From Nemertoderma westbladi (lineage: Eukaryota > Animalia > Xenacoelomorpha), in assembly GCA_032718475.1 (NCBI GenBank), contig JAUCBJ010000425.1, forward strand, positions 1-58,082: a DNA stretch of 58,082 bases, in the 5' to 3' direction. A program made the translations under genes and the position numbers. Below are positions 10,225-25,200 of this stretch, in pieces (the first letter of the stretch is position 1; every line of letters begins with the position of its first letter). The notes below the pieces were generated by a model. The model was not told the DNA's origin. It did not search any database and saw only the letters and a list, made by a program, of their open reading frames with translations.

Positions 10225-13200
10225 GATCACTCCCAGGAAGGATGACCACTCCCAGGAATGATGGATGACCACTTCCAGGAATGATGGCAAGGCACTCCCA
10301 TGGATGACCACTCCCAGGAAGGATGGATGACCACTCCCATGAATGATGGATGACCACTCCCAGGAAGGATGACCACTCCCATGAATGATGGATGACCACT
10401 CCCAGGAAGGATGACCACTCCCAGGGATGATGGATAACCACTCCCAGGAAGGATGACCACTCCCAGGGATGATGGATGACCACTCCCAGAAATGATGGAT
10501 GGCCACTCCCATGGATGACCACTCCCAGGAAGGATGGATGACCATTCCGAGGAAGGATGACCACTCCCAGGAATGATGGATGACCACTCCCAGGAATGAT
10601 GGATGACCACTCCCATGAATGATGGATGACCACTCCCATGAATGATGGATGACCACTCCCAGGAAGGATGACCACTCCCAGGGATGATGGATGACCACTC
10701 CTAGAAATGATGGATGGCCACTCCCATGGATGACCACTCCCAGGAAGGATGGATGACCATTCCGAGGAAGGATGACCACTCCCAGGAATGATGGATGACC
10801 ACTCCCAGGAATGATGGATGACCACTCCCAGGAATGATGGAAGACCACTCCCAGGAATGACGGATGACAACTCTCAAGAAGGATGTCCACTCCCAGAAAT
10901 GATGGATGGCCACTCCCATGGATGACCACTCCCAGGAAGGATGGATGACCATTCCGAGGTAGGATGACCACTCCCAGGAATGATGGATGACCACTCCCAG
11001 GAATGATGGATGACCACTCCCAGGAATGATGGATGACCACTCCCATGGATGATGGATGACCACTCCCAGGAATGATGGATGACCACTAACAGGAATGATG
11101 GATGACCACTCCCAGGAATAATTACCACTCCCAGGAATGATCGATGACCACTTCCAGGAATGATGGATGACCACTCCCAGGAATGATGACCACTCCCAGG
11201 AAGGATGACCACTCCCAGGAATGATGGATGACCGCTCCCAGGAAGGATGGATGACCACTCCCAGGAATGATGGATGACCACACATAGGAAGGATGACCAC
11301 TCCCAGGAAGGATGACCACTCCCAGGAAGGATGACCACTCCCAGGAAGGATGACCACTCCCAGGAAGGATGACCACTCCCAGGAATGATGGATGACCACT
11401 CCCAGGAATGATGGATGACCACTCCCATGGATGATGGATGACCACTCCCAGGAATGATGGATGACCACTCCCAGGAATGATGGATGACCACTCCCAGGAA
11501 GGATGGCTGACCACTCCCAGGAATGATGGATGACCACTCCCAGGAATGATGGATGACCACTAACAGGAATGATGGATGACCACTCCCAGGAATAATTACC
11601 ACTCCCAGGAATGATGGATGACCACTTCCAGGAATGATGGATGACCACTCCCAGGAATGATGACCACTCCCAGGAAGGATGACCACTCCCAGGATGGATG
11701 GATGATCACTCCGAGGATGATGGATGACCACTCCCAGGAATGATGGATGACCACTCCCAGGAATGACGGATGACAACTCTCAAGAAGGATGTCCACTCCC
11801 AGAAATGATGGATGACCACTCTCAGGAACGATGACCATTCCCAGGAATGATGGATGACCACTCCCAGGAATGATGGATGACCACTCCCAGGAAGGATGAC
11901 CACTCCCAGGAAGGATGGATGACCACTCCCAGGAAGGATGACGAATCCCAGGAAGGATGACCACTCCCCCCAGGATGGATGGATGATCACTCCGAGGAAT
12001 GATGGATGACCACTCCCAGGAATGATGGATGACCACTCCCAGGAATGACGGATGACAACTCCCAGGAAGGATGGATGACCACTCCCAGGAAGGATGACCA
12101 CTCCCAGGAAGGATGACCACTCCCAGGAAGGATGGATGACCACTCCCAGGAAGGATGACGAATCCCAGGAAGGATGACCACTCCCCCCAGGATGGATGGA
12201 TGATCACTCCGAGGAATGATGGATGACCACTCCCAGGAATGATGGATGACCACTAACAGGAAATGATGGATGACCACTTGCAGGAATGATGGATGACCAC
12301 TCCCAGGAATGATGGATGACCACTCCCAGGAATGATGGATGACCACTCCCAGGAATGATGGATGACCACTCCCAGGAATGATGGATGACCACTCCCAGGA
12401 ATGATGGATGACCACTCCCAGGAATGATGGATGACCACTCCCAGGAAGGATGGATGACCACTCCCAGGAAGGATGACGAATCCCAGGAAGGATGACCACT
12501 CCCAGGATGGATGGATGATCACTCCGAGGATGATGGATGACCACTCCCAGGAATGATGGATGACCACTCCCAGGAATGACGGATGACAACTCTCAAGAAG
12601 GATGTCCACTCCCAGAAATGATGGATGACCACTCTCAGGAACGATGACCACTCCCATGGATGCTGGATGACCACTCCCAGGAATGATGGATGACCACTCC
12701 CAGGAAGGATGGATGATCACTCCCAGGAATGATGGATGACCACTCCCAGGAATGATGGATGACCACTAACAGGAATGATGGATGACCACTCCCAGGAATA
12801 ATTACCACTCCCAGGAATGATGGATGACCACTCCCAGGAAGGATGACCACTCCCAGGAAGGATGGATGACCACTCCCAGGAAGGATGACGAATCCCAGGA
12901 AGGATGACCACTCCCCCCAGGATGGATGGATGATCACTCCGAGGAATGATGGATGACCACTCCCAGGAATGATGGATGACCACTCCCAGGAATGATGGAT
13001 GACCACTCCCAGGAATGACGGATGACAACTCTCAAGAAGGATGTCCACTCCCAGAAATGATGGATGACCACTCTCAGGAACGATGACCATTCCCAGGAAT
13101 GATGGATGACCACTCCCAGGAATGATGGATGACCACTCCCAGGAATGATGGATGACCACTCCCAGGAATGATGGATGACCACTCCCAGGAATGATGGATG

Positions 13201-16200
13201 ACCACTCCCAGGAATGATGGATGACCACTCCCATGGATGCTGGATGACCACTCTCAGGAATGATGGATGACCACTCCCAGGAAGGATGGATGATCACTCC
13301 CAGGAATGATGGATGACCACTCCCAGGAATGATGGATGACCACTAACAGGAATGATGGATGACCACTCCCAGGAATAATTACCACTCCCAGGAATGATGG
13401 ATGACCACTTCCAGGAATGATGGATGACCACTCCCAGGAATGATGACCACTCCCAGGAAGGATGGATGACCACTCCCAGGAAGGATGGATGATCACTCCC
13501 AGGAATGATGGATGACCACTCCCAGGAATGATGGATGACCACTAACAGGAATGATGGATGACCACTCCCAGGAATAATTACCACTCCCAGGAATGATGGA
13601 TGACCACTCCCAGGAAGGATGACCACTCCCAGGAATGATGGATGACCACTCCCAGGAAGGATGGATGATCACTCCCAGGAATGATGGATGACCACTCCCA
13701 GGAATGATGGATGACCACTAACAGGAATGATGGATGACCACTCCCAGGAATAATTACCACTCCCAGGAATGATGGATGACCACTTCCAGGAATGATGGAT
13801 GACCACTCCCAGGAATGATGACCACTCCCAGGAAGGATGGATGACCACTCCCAGGAAGGATGGATGATCACTCCCAGGAATGATGGATGACCACTCCCAG
13901 GAATGATGGATGACCACTAACAGGAATGATGGATGACCACTCCCAGGAATAATTACCACTCCCAGGAATGATGGATGACCACTCCCAGGAAGGATGACCA
14001 CTCCCAGGAAGGATGGATGACCACTCCCAGGAAGGATGACGAATCCCAGGAAGGATGACCACTCCCCCCAGGATGGATGGATGATCACTCCGAGGAATGA
14101 TGGATGACCACTCCCAGGAATGATGGATGACCACTCCCAGAAATGATGGATGACCACTCTCAGGAACGATGACCATTCCCAGGAATGATGGATGACCACT
14201 CCCAGGAATGATGGATGACCACTCCCAGGAATGATGGATGACCACTCCCAGGAAGGATGGATGATCACTCCCAGGAATGATGGATGACCACTCCCAGGAA
14301 TGATGGATGACCACTCCCAGGAATGATGGATGACCACTCCCAGGAAGGATGGATGATCACTCCCAGGAATGATGGATGACCACTCCCAGGAATGATGGAT
14401 GACCACTAACAGGAATGATGGATGACCACTCCCAGGAATGATGGATGACCACTCCCAGGAATGATGGATGACCACACATAGGAAGGATGACCACTCCCAG
14501 GAAGGATGACCACTCCCAGGAAGGATGACCACTCCCAGGAAGGATGACCACTCCCAGGAAGGATGACCACTCCCAGGAATGATGGATGACCACTCCCAGG
14601 AATGATGGATGACCACTCCCATGGATGATGGATGACCACTCCCAGGAATGATGGGTGACCACTCCCAGGAAGGATGGATGACCACTCCCAGGAATGATGG
14701 ATGACCACTCCCAGGAATGATGGATGACCACTAACAGGAATGATGGATGACCACTTGCAGGAATGATGGATGACCACTCCCAGGAATGATGGATGACCAC
14801 TCCCAGGAATGATGGATGACCACTGCCATGGATGATGGATGACCACTCCCAGGAATGATGGATGACCACTAACAGGAATGATGGATGACCACTCCCAGGA
14901 ATAATTACCACTCCCAGGAATGATGGATGACCACTTCCAGGAATGATGGATGACCACTCCCAGGAATGATGACCACTCCCAGGAAGGATGACCACTCCCA
15001 GGAATGATGGATGACCGCTCCCAGGAAGGATGGATGACCACTCCCAGGAATGATGGATGACCACACATAGGAAGGATGACCACTCCCAGGAAGGATGACC
15101 ACTCCCAGGAAGGATGACCACTCCCAGGAAGGATGACCACTCCCAGGAAGGATGACCACTCCCAGGAATGATGGATGACCACTCCCAGGAATGATGGATG
15201 ACCACTCCCATGGATGATGGATGACCACTCCCAGGAATGATGGATGACCACTCCCAGGAATGATGGATGACCACTCCCAGGAAGGATGGCTGACCACTCC
15301 CAGGAATGATGGATGACCACTCCCAGGAATGATGGATGACCACTAACAGGAATGATGGATGACCACTCCCAGGAATAATTACCACTCCCAGGAATGATGG
15401 ATGACCACTTCCAGGAATGATGGATGACCACTCCCAGGAATGATGACCACTCCCAGGAAGGATGACCACTCCCAGGAATGATGGATGACCACTCCCAGGA
15501 AGGATGGATGACCACTCCCAGGAATGATGGATGACCACACATAGGAAGGATGACCACTCCCAGGAAGGATGACCACTCCCAGGAAGGATGACCACTCCCA
15601 GGAATGATGTCCACTCCCAGGAATGATGGATGACCACTCTCATGGATGATGGATGACCACTCCCAGGAATGATGGATGACAACTCTCAAGAAGGATGTCC
15701 ACTCCCAGAAATGATGGATGACCACTCCCAGGAAGGATGTCCACTCCCAGGAATGATGAATGACCACTCCCAGGAATGATGTATGACCACTCCCAGGAAT
15801 GACGGATGACAACTCTCAAGAAGGATGTCCACTCCCAGAAATGATGGATGACCACTCTCAGGAAGGATGTTCACTCCCAGGAATGATGGATGACCACTCC
15901 CATGGAAGATGGATGACCACTCCCAGGAATGATGGATGACCACTCCCAGGAAGGATGGATGACCACTCCCAGGAATGATGGATGACCACTCCCAGGAATG
16001 ATGGATGACCACTAACAGGAAATGATGGATGACCACTTGCAGGAATGATGGATGACCACTCCCAGGAATGATGGATGACCACTCCCAGGAATGATGGATG
16101 ACCACTCCCAGGAATGATGGATGACCACTCCCAGGAATGATGGATGACCACTCCCAGGAATGATGGATGACCACTCCCAGGAATGATGGATGACCACTCC

Positions 16201-19200
16201 CAGGAAGGATGGATGACCACTCCCAGGAAGGATGACGAATCCCAGGAAGGATGACCACTCCCAGGATGGATGGATGATCACTCCGAGGATGATGGATGAC
16301 CACTCCCAGGAATGATGGATGACCACTCCCAGGAATGACGGATGACAACTCTCAAGAAGGATGTCCACTCCCAGAAATGATGGATGACCACTCTCAGGAA
16401 CGATGACCATTCCCAGGAATGATGGATGACCACTCCCAGGAATGATGGATGACCACTCCCAGGAATGATGGATGACCACTCCCAGGAAGGATGGATGACC
16501 ACTCCCAGGAATGATGGATGACCACTCCCAGGAATGATGGATGACCACTAACAGGAAATGATGGATGACCACTTGCAGGAATGATGGATGACCACTCCCA
16601 GGAATGATGGATGACCACTCCCAGGAATGATGGATGACCACTCCCAGGAATGATGGATGACCACTCCCAGGAATGATGGATGACCACTCCCAGGAATGAT
16701 GGATGACCACTCCCAGGAAGGATGACCACTCCCAGGAAGGATGGATGACCACTCCCAGGAAGGATGACGAATCCCAGGAAGGATGACCACTCCCCCCAGG
16801 ATGGATGGATGATCACTCCGAGGAATGATGGATGACCACTCCCAGGAATGATGGATGACCACTCCCAGGAATGATGGATGACCACTCCCAGGAAGGATGG
16901 ATGACCACTCCCAGGAAGGATGACCACTCCCAGGAAGGATGGATGACCACTCCCAGGAAGGATGACGAATCCCAGGAAGGATGACCACTCCCCCCAGGAT
17001 GGATGGATGATCACTCCGAGGAATGATGGATGACCACTCCCAGGAATGACGGATGACCACTCCCAGGAATTATGGATGACCACTCCCATGGATGCTGGAT
17101 GACCACTCCCAGGAATGATGGATGACCACTCCCAGGAAGGATGACCATTCCCAGGAATGATGGATGACCACTCCCAGGAATGATGGATGACCACTCCCAT
17201 GGATGCTGGATGACCACTCCCAGGAATGATGGATGACCACTCCCAGGAAGGATGGATGATCACTCCCAGGAATGATGGATGACCACTAACAGGAATGATG
17301 GATGACCACTCCCAGGATGGATGGATTATCACTCCGAGGAATGATGGATGACCACTCCCAGAAATGATGGATGACCACTCTCAGGAACGATGACCACTCC
17401 CAGGAAGGATGACCACTCCCAGGAATGATGGATGACCACTCCCAGGAATGATGGATGACCACTCCCATGGATGCTGGATGACCACTCCCAGGAATGATGG
17501 ATGACCACTCCCAGGAAGGATGGATGATCACTCCCAGGAATGATGGATGACCACTCTCAGGAATGATGGATGACCACTAACAGGAATGATGGATGACCAC
17601 TCCCAGGAATAATTACCACTCCCAGGAATGATGGATGACCACTTCCAGGAATGATGGATGACCACTCCCAGGAATGATGACCACTCCCAGGAAGGATGGA
17701 TGACCACTCCCAGGAAGGATGACGAATCCCAGGAAGGATGACCACTCCCAGGAATGATGGATGACCACTCCCAGGAATGATGGATGACCACTTCCAGGAA
17801 TGATGGATGACCACTCCCAGGAATGATGACCACTCCCAGGAAGGATGGATGACCACTCCCAGGAAGGATGACGAATCCCAGGAAGGATGACCACTCCCAG
17901 GAATGATGGATGACCACTCCCAGGAATGATGGATGACCACTCCCAGGAATGATGGATGACCACTCCCAGGAATAATTACCACTCCCAGGAATGATGGATG
18001 ACCACTTCCAGGAATGATGGATGACCACTCCTAGGAATGATGACCACTCCCGGGAAGGATGACCACTCCCAGGAATGATGGATGACCACTCCCAGGAATG
18101 ATGGATGACCACTCCCATGGATGATGGATGACCACTCCCAGGAATGATGGGTGACCACTCCCAGGAAGGATGGATGACCACTCCCAGGAATGATGGATGA
18201 CCACTCCCAGGAATGATGGATGACCACTAACAGGAATGATGGATGACCACTTGCAGGAATGATGGATGACCACTCCCAGGAATGATGGATGACCACTCCC
18301 AGGAATGATGGATGACCACTCCCAGGAATGATGGATGACCACTCCCAGGAATGATGGATGACCACACATAGGAAGGATGACCACTCCCAGGAAGGATGAC
18401 CACTCCCAGGAAGGATGACCACTCCCAGGAAGGATGACCACTCCCAGGAAGGATGACCACTCCCAGGAATGATGGATGACCACTCCCAGGAATGATGGAT
18501 GACCACTCCCATGGATGATGGATGACCACTCCCAGGAATGATGGGTGACCACTCCCAGGAAGGATGGATGACCACTCCCAGGAATGATGGATGACCACTC
18601 CCAGGAATGATGGATGACCACTAACAGGAATGATGGATGACCACTTGCAGGAATGATGGATGACCACTCCCAGGAATGATGGATGACCACTCCCAGGAAT
18701 GATGGATGACCACTCCCAGGAATTATGGATGACCACTCCCAGGAATGATGGATGACCACTCCCAGGAAGGATGACCACTCCCAGGAAGGATGGATACCAC
18801 TCCCAGGAATGATGGATGACCACTCCCAGGAAGGATGGATGACCACTCCCAGGAAGGATGGATGACCACTCCCAGGAAGGATGGCGAATCCCAGGAAGGA
18901 TGACCACTCCCAGGATGGATGGATGATCACTCCGAGGAATGATGGATGACCACTCCCAGGAATGATGGATGACCACACCCAGGAATGATGGATGACCACT
19001 CCCAGGAAGGATGACCACTCCCAGGAATGATGGATGACCACTCCCAGGAAGGATGGATGACCACTCCCAGGAAGGATGACCACTCCCAGTAATGATGGAT
19101 GACCACTCCCAGGAATGATGGATGACCACTCCCAGGAATGATGGATGACCACTCCCAGGAATGATGGATGACCACTCCCAGGAAGGATGACCACTCCCAG

Positions 19201-22200
19201 GAAGGATGACCGCTCCCAGGAATGATGGATGACCACTCCCAGGAATGATGGATGACCACTCCCATGGATGATGGATGACCACTCCCAGGAATTATGGATG
19301 ACCACTCCCAGGAATTTTGGATGACCACTCCCAGGAATGAAGGATGACCACTCCCAGGAATGATGGATGACCACCCATTAGGAATGATGGATGACCACTC
19401 CCAGGAATGATGGATGACCACTCCCAGGAATGATGGATGACCACTCCCTGGAATGATGGATGATCACTCCCAGGAATGATGGATGACCACTCTCAGGAAA
19501 GATGACCATTCCCAGGAATGATAGATGACCACTCCCAGGAATGATAGATGACCACTCCCAGGAATGATGGATGACCACTCCCAGGAATGATGGATGACCA
19601 CTCCCAGGAATGATGGATGACCACTCCCAGGAAGGATGACCACTCCCAGGAAGGATGACCGCTCCCAGGAATGATGGATGACCACTCCCAGGAATGATGG
19701 ATGACCACTCCCATGGATGATGGATGACCACTCCCAGGAATTATGGATGACCACTCCCAGGAATTTTGGATGACCACTCCCAGGAATGAAGGATGACCAC
19801 TCCCAGGAATGATGGATGACCACCCATTAGGAATGATGGATGACCACTCCCAGGAATGATGGATGACCACTCCCAGGAATGATGGATGACCACTCCCTGG
19901 AATGATGGATGATCACTCCCAGGAATGATGGATGACCACTCTCAGGAAAGATGACCATTCCCAGGAATGATGGATGATCACTCCCAGGAATGATGGATGA
20001 CCACTCTCAGGAAGGATGACCATTCCCAGGAATGATGGATGACCACTCCCAGGAATGATGGATGACCACTCCCAGGAATGATAGATGACCACTCCCAGGA
20101 AGGATGGATGACCACTCCCAGGAATGATGGATGACCACTCCCAGGAATGATGGCCACTCCCAGGAAGGATGGATGACCACTCCCAGGAAGGATGGATGAC
20201 CACTCCCAGGAAGGATGGATGACCACTCCCAGGAAGGATGACCACTCCCAGGAAGGATGACCACTCCCAGGAAGGATGGATGACCACTCCCAGGAATGAT
20301 GGATGACAACTCCCAGGAATGATGGATGACCACACCCAGGAATGATGGATGACCACTCCCAGGAAGGATGACCACTCCTAGGAATGATGGATGACCACTC
20401 ACAGGAAGGATGGATGACCACTCCCAGGAAGGATGACCACTCCCAGGAATGATGGATGACCACTCCCATGAAGGATCACCACTCCCAGGAATGATGGATG
20501 ACCACTCCCAGAAATGATGGATGACCACTCCCAGGAAGGATGACCACTCCCAGGAAGGGTGACCAATCTCAGGAATGATGGATGACCACTCTCAGGAATG
20601 ATGGATGACCACTCCCAGGAAGGATGATTACATCCAGGAAGGATGACCACTCCCAGGAAGGATGAACACTCCCAGGAAGGATGACCACTCCCAGGAATGA
20701 TGGATGACCACTCCCAGGAATGATGGATGGCCACTCCCATGGATGATGGATGACCACTCCCAGGAATGATGGATGACCACTCCCAGGAAGGATGGATGAC
20801 CACTCCCAGGAATGATGGATGACCACTCCCAGGAATGGTGGATGACCACTAACAGGAATGATGGATGACCATTTGCAGGAATGATGGATGACCACTCCCA
20901 GGAATGATGGATGACCACTCCCAGGAATGATGGATGACCACTCCCAGGAATGATGGATGACCACTCCCAGGAATGATGGATGACCACTCCCAGGAAGGAT
21001 GACCACTCCCAGGAAGGATGGATACCACTCCCAGGAATGATGGATGACCATTCCCAGGAAGGATGGATGACCACTCCCAGGAAGGATGACGAATCCCAGG
21101 AAGGATGACCACTCCCATGGTGGATGGATGATCACTCCGAGGAATGATGGATGACCACTCCCAGGAAGGATGGATGACCACTCCCAGGAAGGATGGATGA
21201 CCACTCCCAGGAAGGATGGATGACCACTCCCAGGAAGGATGACGAATCCCAGGAAGGATGACCACTCCCATGGTGGATGGATGATCACTCCGAGGAATGA
21301 TGGATGACCACTCCCAGGAATGATGGATGACCACACCCAGGAATGATGGATGACCACTCCCAGGAAGGATGACCACTCCCAGGAATGATGGATGACCACT
21401 CCCAGGAAGGATGGATGACCACTCCCAGGAAGGATGACCACTCCCAGGAATGGTGGATGACCACTCCCTGGAATGATGGATGACCACTCCCAGGAATGAT
21501 GGATGACCACTCCCAGGAATGATGGATGACCACTCCCAGGAAGGATGACCACTCCCAGGAAGGATGACCGCTCCCAGGAATGATGGATGACCACTCCCAG
21601 GAATGATGGATGACCACTCTCATGGATGATGGATGACCACTCCCAGGAATTATGGATGACCACTCCCAGGAATTTTGGATGACCACTCCCAGGAATGAAG
21701 GATGACCACTCCCAGGAATGATGGATGACCACCCATTAGGAATGATGGATGACCACTCCCAGGAATGATGGATGACCACTCCCAGGAATGATGGATGATC
21801 ACTCCCAGGAATGATGGATGACCACTCTCAGGAAGGATGACCATTCCCAGGAATGATGGATGATCACTCCCAGGAATGATGGATGACCACTCTCAGGAAG
21901 GATGACCATTCCCAGGAATGATGGATGACCACTCCCAGGAATGATGGATGACCACTCCCAGGAATGATAGATGACCACTCCCAGGAAGGATGGATGACCA
22001 CTCCCAGGAATGATGGGTGACCACTCCCAGGAATGATGGCCACTCCCAGGAAGGATGGATGACCACTCCCAGGAGATGACCACTCCCGGAAGGATGGATG
22101 ACCACTCCCAGGAAGGATGACCACTCCCAGGAAGGATGACCACTCCCAGGAAGGATGGATGACCACTCCCAGGAATGATGGATGACAACTCCCAGGAATG

Positions 22201-25200
22201 ATGGATGACCACACCCAGGAATGATGGATGACCACTCCCAGGAAGGATGACCACTCCTAGGAATGATGGATGACCACTCACAGGAAGGATGGATGACCAC
22301 TCCCAGGAAGGATGAACACTCCTAGGAATGATGGATGACCACTCCCAGGAATGATGGATGACCACTCCCAGGAAGGATGACCACTCCCAGGAAGGATGAC
22401 CACTCCCAGGAAGGGTGACCACTCTCAGGAATGATGGATGACCACTCTCAGGAATGATGGATGACCACTCCCAGGAAGGATGATTAAATCCAGGAAGGAT
22501 GACCACTCCCAGGAAGGATGAACACTCCCAGGAATGATGGATGACCACTCCCATGGATGATGGATGACCGCTCCCAGGAATGATGACCACTCCCAGGAAT
22601 GAAGGATGACCACACCCAGGAAGGATGTCCATTTCCAGGAATGATGGATGACCACTCCCAGGAATGATGGATGACCACTCCCATGGATGATGGATGACCA
22701 CTCCCAGGAATGATGGATGACCACTCCCAGGAATTATGGATGACCACTCCCATGGATGATGGATGACCGCTCCCAGGAATGATGACCACTCCCAGGAATG
22801 AAGGATGACCACACCCAGGAAGGATGTCCATTCACAGGAATGATGGATGACCACTCCCAGGAATGGTGGATGACCACTCCCATGGATGATGGATGACCAC
22901 TCCCAGGAATGATGGATGACCACTCCCAGGAATGATGGATGACCACTCCCAGGAATGATGGATGACCACTCCCAGGAATGATGGATGACCACTCCCAGGA
23001 AGGATGACAGCTCCCAGGAAGGATGACCGCTCCCAGGAATGATGGATGACCACTCCCAGGAATGATGGATGACCACTCCCATGGATGATGGATGACCACT
23101 CCCAGGAATTATGGATGACCACTCCCAGGAATTTTGGATGACCACTCCCAGGAATGAAGGATGACCACTCCCAGGAATGATGGATGACCACCCATTAGGA
23201 ATGATGGATGACCACTCCCAGGAATGATGGATGACCACTCCCAGGAATGATGGATGACCACTCCCTGGAATGATGGATGATCACTCCCAGGAATGATGGA
23301 TGACCACTCTCAGGAAAGATGACCATTCCCAGGAATGATGGATGATCACTCCCAGGAATGAAGGATGACCACTCTCAGGAAGGATGACCATTCCCAGGAA
23401 TGATGGATGACCACTCCCAGGAATGATGGATGACCACTCCCAGGAATGATAGATGACCACTCCCAGGAAGGATGGATGACCACTCCCAGGAATGATGGAT
23501 GACCACTCCCAGGAATGATGGCCACTCCCAGGAAGGATGGATGACCACTCCCAGGAAGGATGGATGACCACTCCCAGGAAGGATGGATGACCACTCCCAG
23601 GAAGGATGACCACTCCCAGGAAGGATGACCACTCCCAGGAAGGATGGATGACCACTCCCAGGAATGATGGATGACCACTCCCAGGAATGATGGATGACCA
23701 CACCCAGGAATGATGGATGACCACTCCCAGGAAGGATGACCACTCCTAGGAATGATGGATGACCACTCACAGGAAGGATGGATGACCACTCCCAGGAAGG
23801 ATGACCACTCCCAGGAATGATGGATGACCACTCCCATGAAGGATCACCACTCCCAGGAATGATGGATGACCACTCCCAGAAATGATGGATGACCACTCCC
23901 AGGAAGGATGACCACTCCCAGGAATGATGGATGATCACTCCCAGGAATGATGGATGACCACTCTCAGGAAAGATGACCATTCCCAGGAATGATGGATGAC
24001 CACTCCCAGGAATGATGGATGACCACTCCCAGGAATGATAGATGACCACTCCCAGGAAGGATGGATGACCACTCCCAGGAATGATGGATGACCACTCCCA
24101 GGAATGATGGCCACTCCCAGGAAGGATGGATGACCACTCCCAGGAAGGATGGATGACCACTCCCAGGAAGGATGGATGACCACTCCCAGGAAGGATGACC
24201 ACTCCCAGGAAGGATGACCACTCCCAGGAAGGATGGATGACCACTCCCAGGAATGATGGATGACAACTCCCAGGAATGATGGATGACCACACCCAGGAAT
24301 GATGGATGACCACTCCCAGGAAGGATGACCACTCCTAGGAATGATGGATGACCACTCACAGGAAGGATGGATGACCACTCCCAGGAAGGATGACCACTCC
24401 CAGGAATGATGGATGACCACTCCCATGAAGGATCACCACTCCCAGGAATGATGGATGACCACTCCCAGAAATGATGGATGACCACTCCCAGGAAGGATGA
24501 CCACTCCCAGGAAGGGTGACCAATCTCAGGAATGATGGATGACCACTCTCAGGAATGATGGATGACCACTCCCAGGAAGGATGATTACATCCAGGAAGGA
24601 TGACCACTCCCAGGAAGGATGAACACTCCCAGGAAGGATGACCACTCCCAGGAATGATGGATGACCACTCCCAGGAATGATGGATGGCCACTCCCATGGA
24701 TGATGGATGACCACTCCCAGGAATGATGGATGACCACTCCCAGGAAGGATGGATGACCACTCCCAGGAATGATGGATGACCACTCCCAGGAATGGTGGAT
24801 GACCACTAACAGGAATGATGGATGACCATTTGCAGGAATGATGGATGACCACTCCCAGGAATGATGGATGACCACTCCCAGGAATGATGGATGACCACTC
24901 CCAGGAATGATGGATGACCACTCCCAGGAATGATGGATGACCACTCCCAGGAAGGATGACCACTCCCAGGAAGGATGGATACCACTCCCAGGAATGATGG
25001 ATGACCATTCCCAGGAAGGATGGATGACCACTCCCAGGAAGGATGGATGACCACTCCCAGGAAGGATGACCACTCCTAGGAATGATGGATGACCACTCAC
25101 AGGAAGGATGGATGACCACTCCCAGGAAGGATGAACCACTCCTAGGAATGATGGATGACCACTCCCAGGAATGATGGATGACCACTCCCAGGAAGGATGA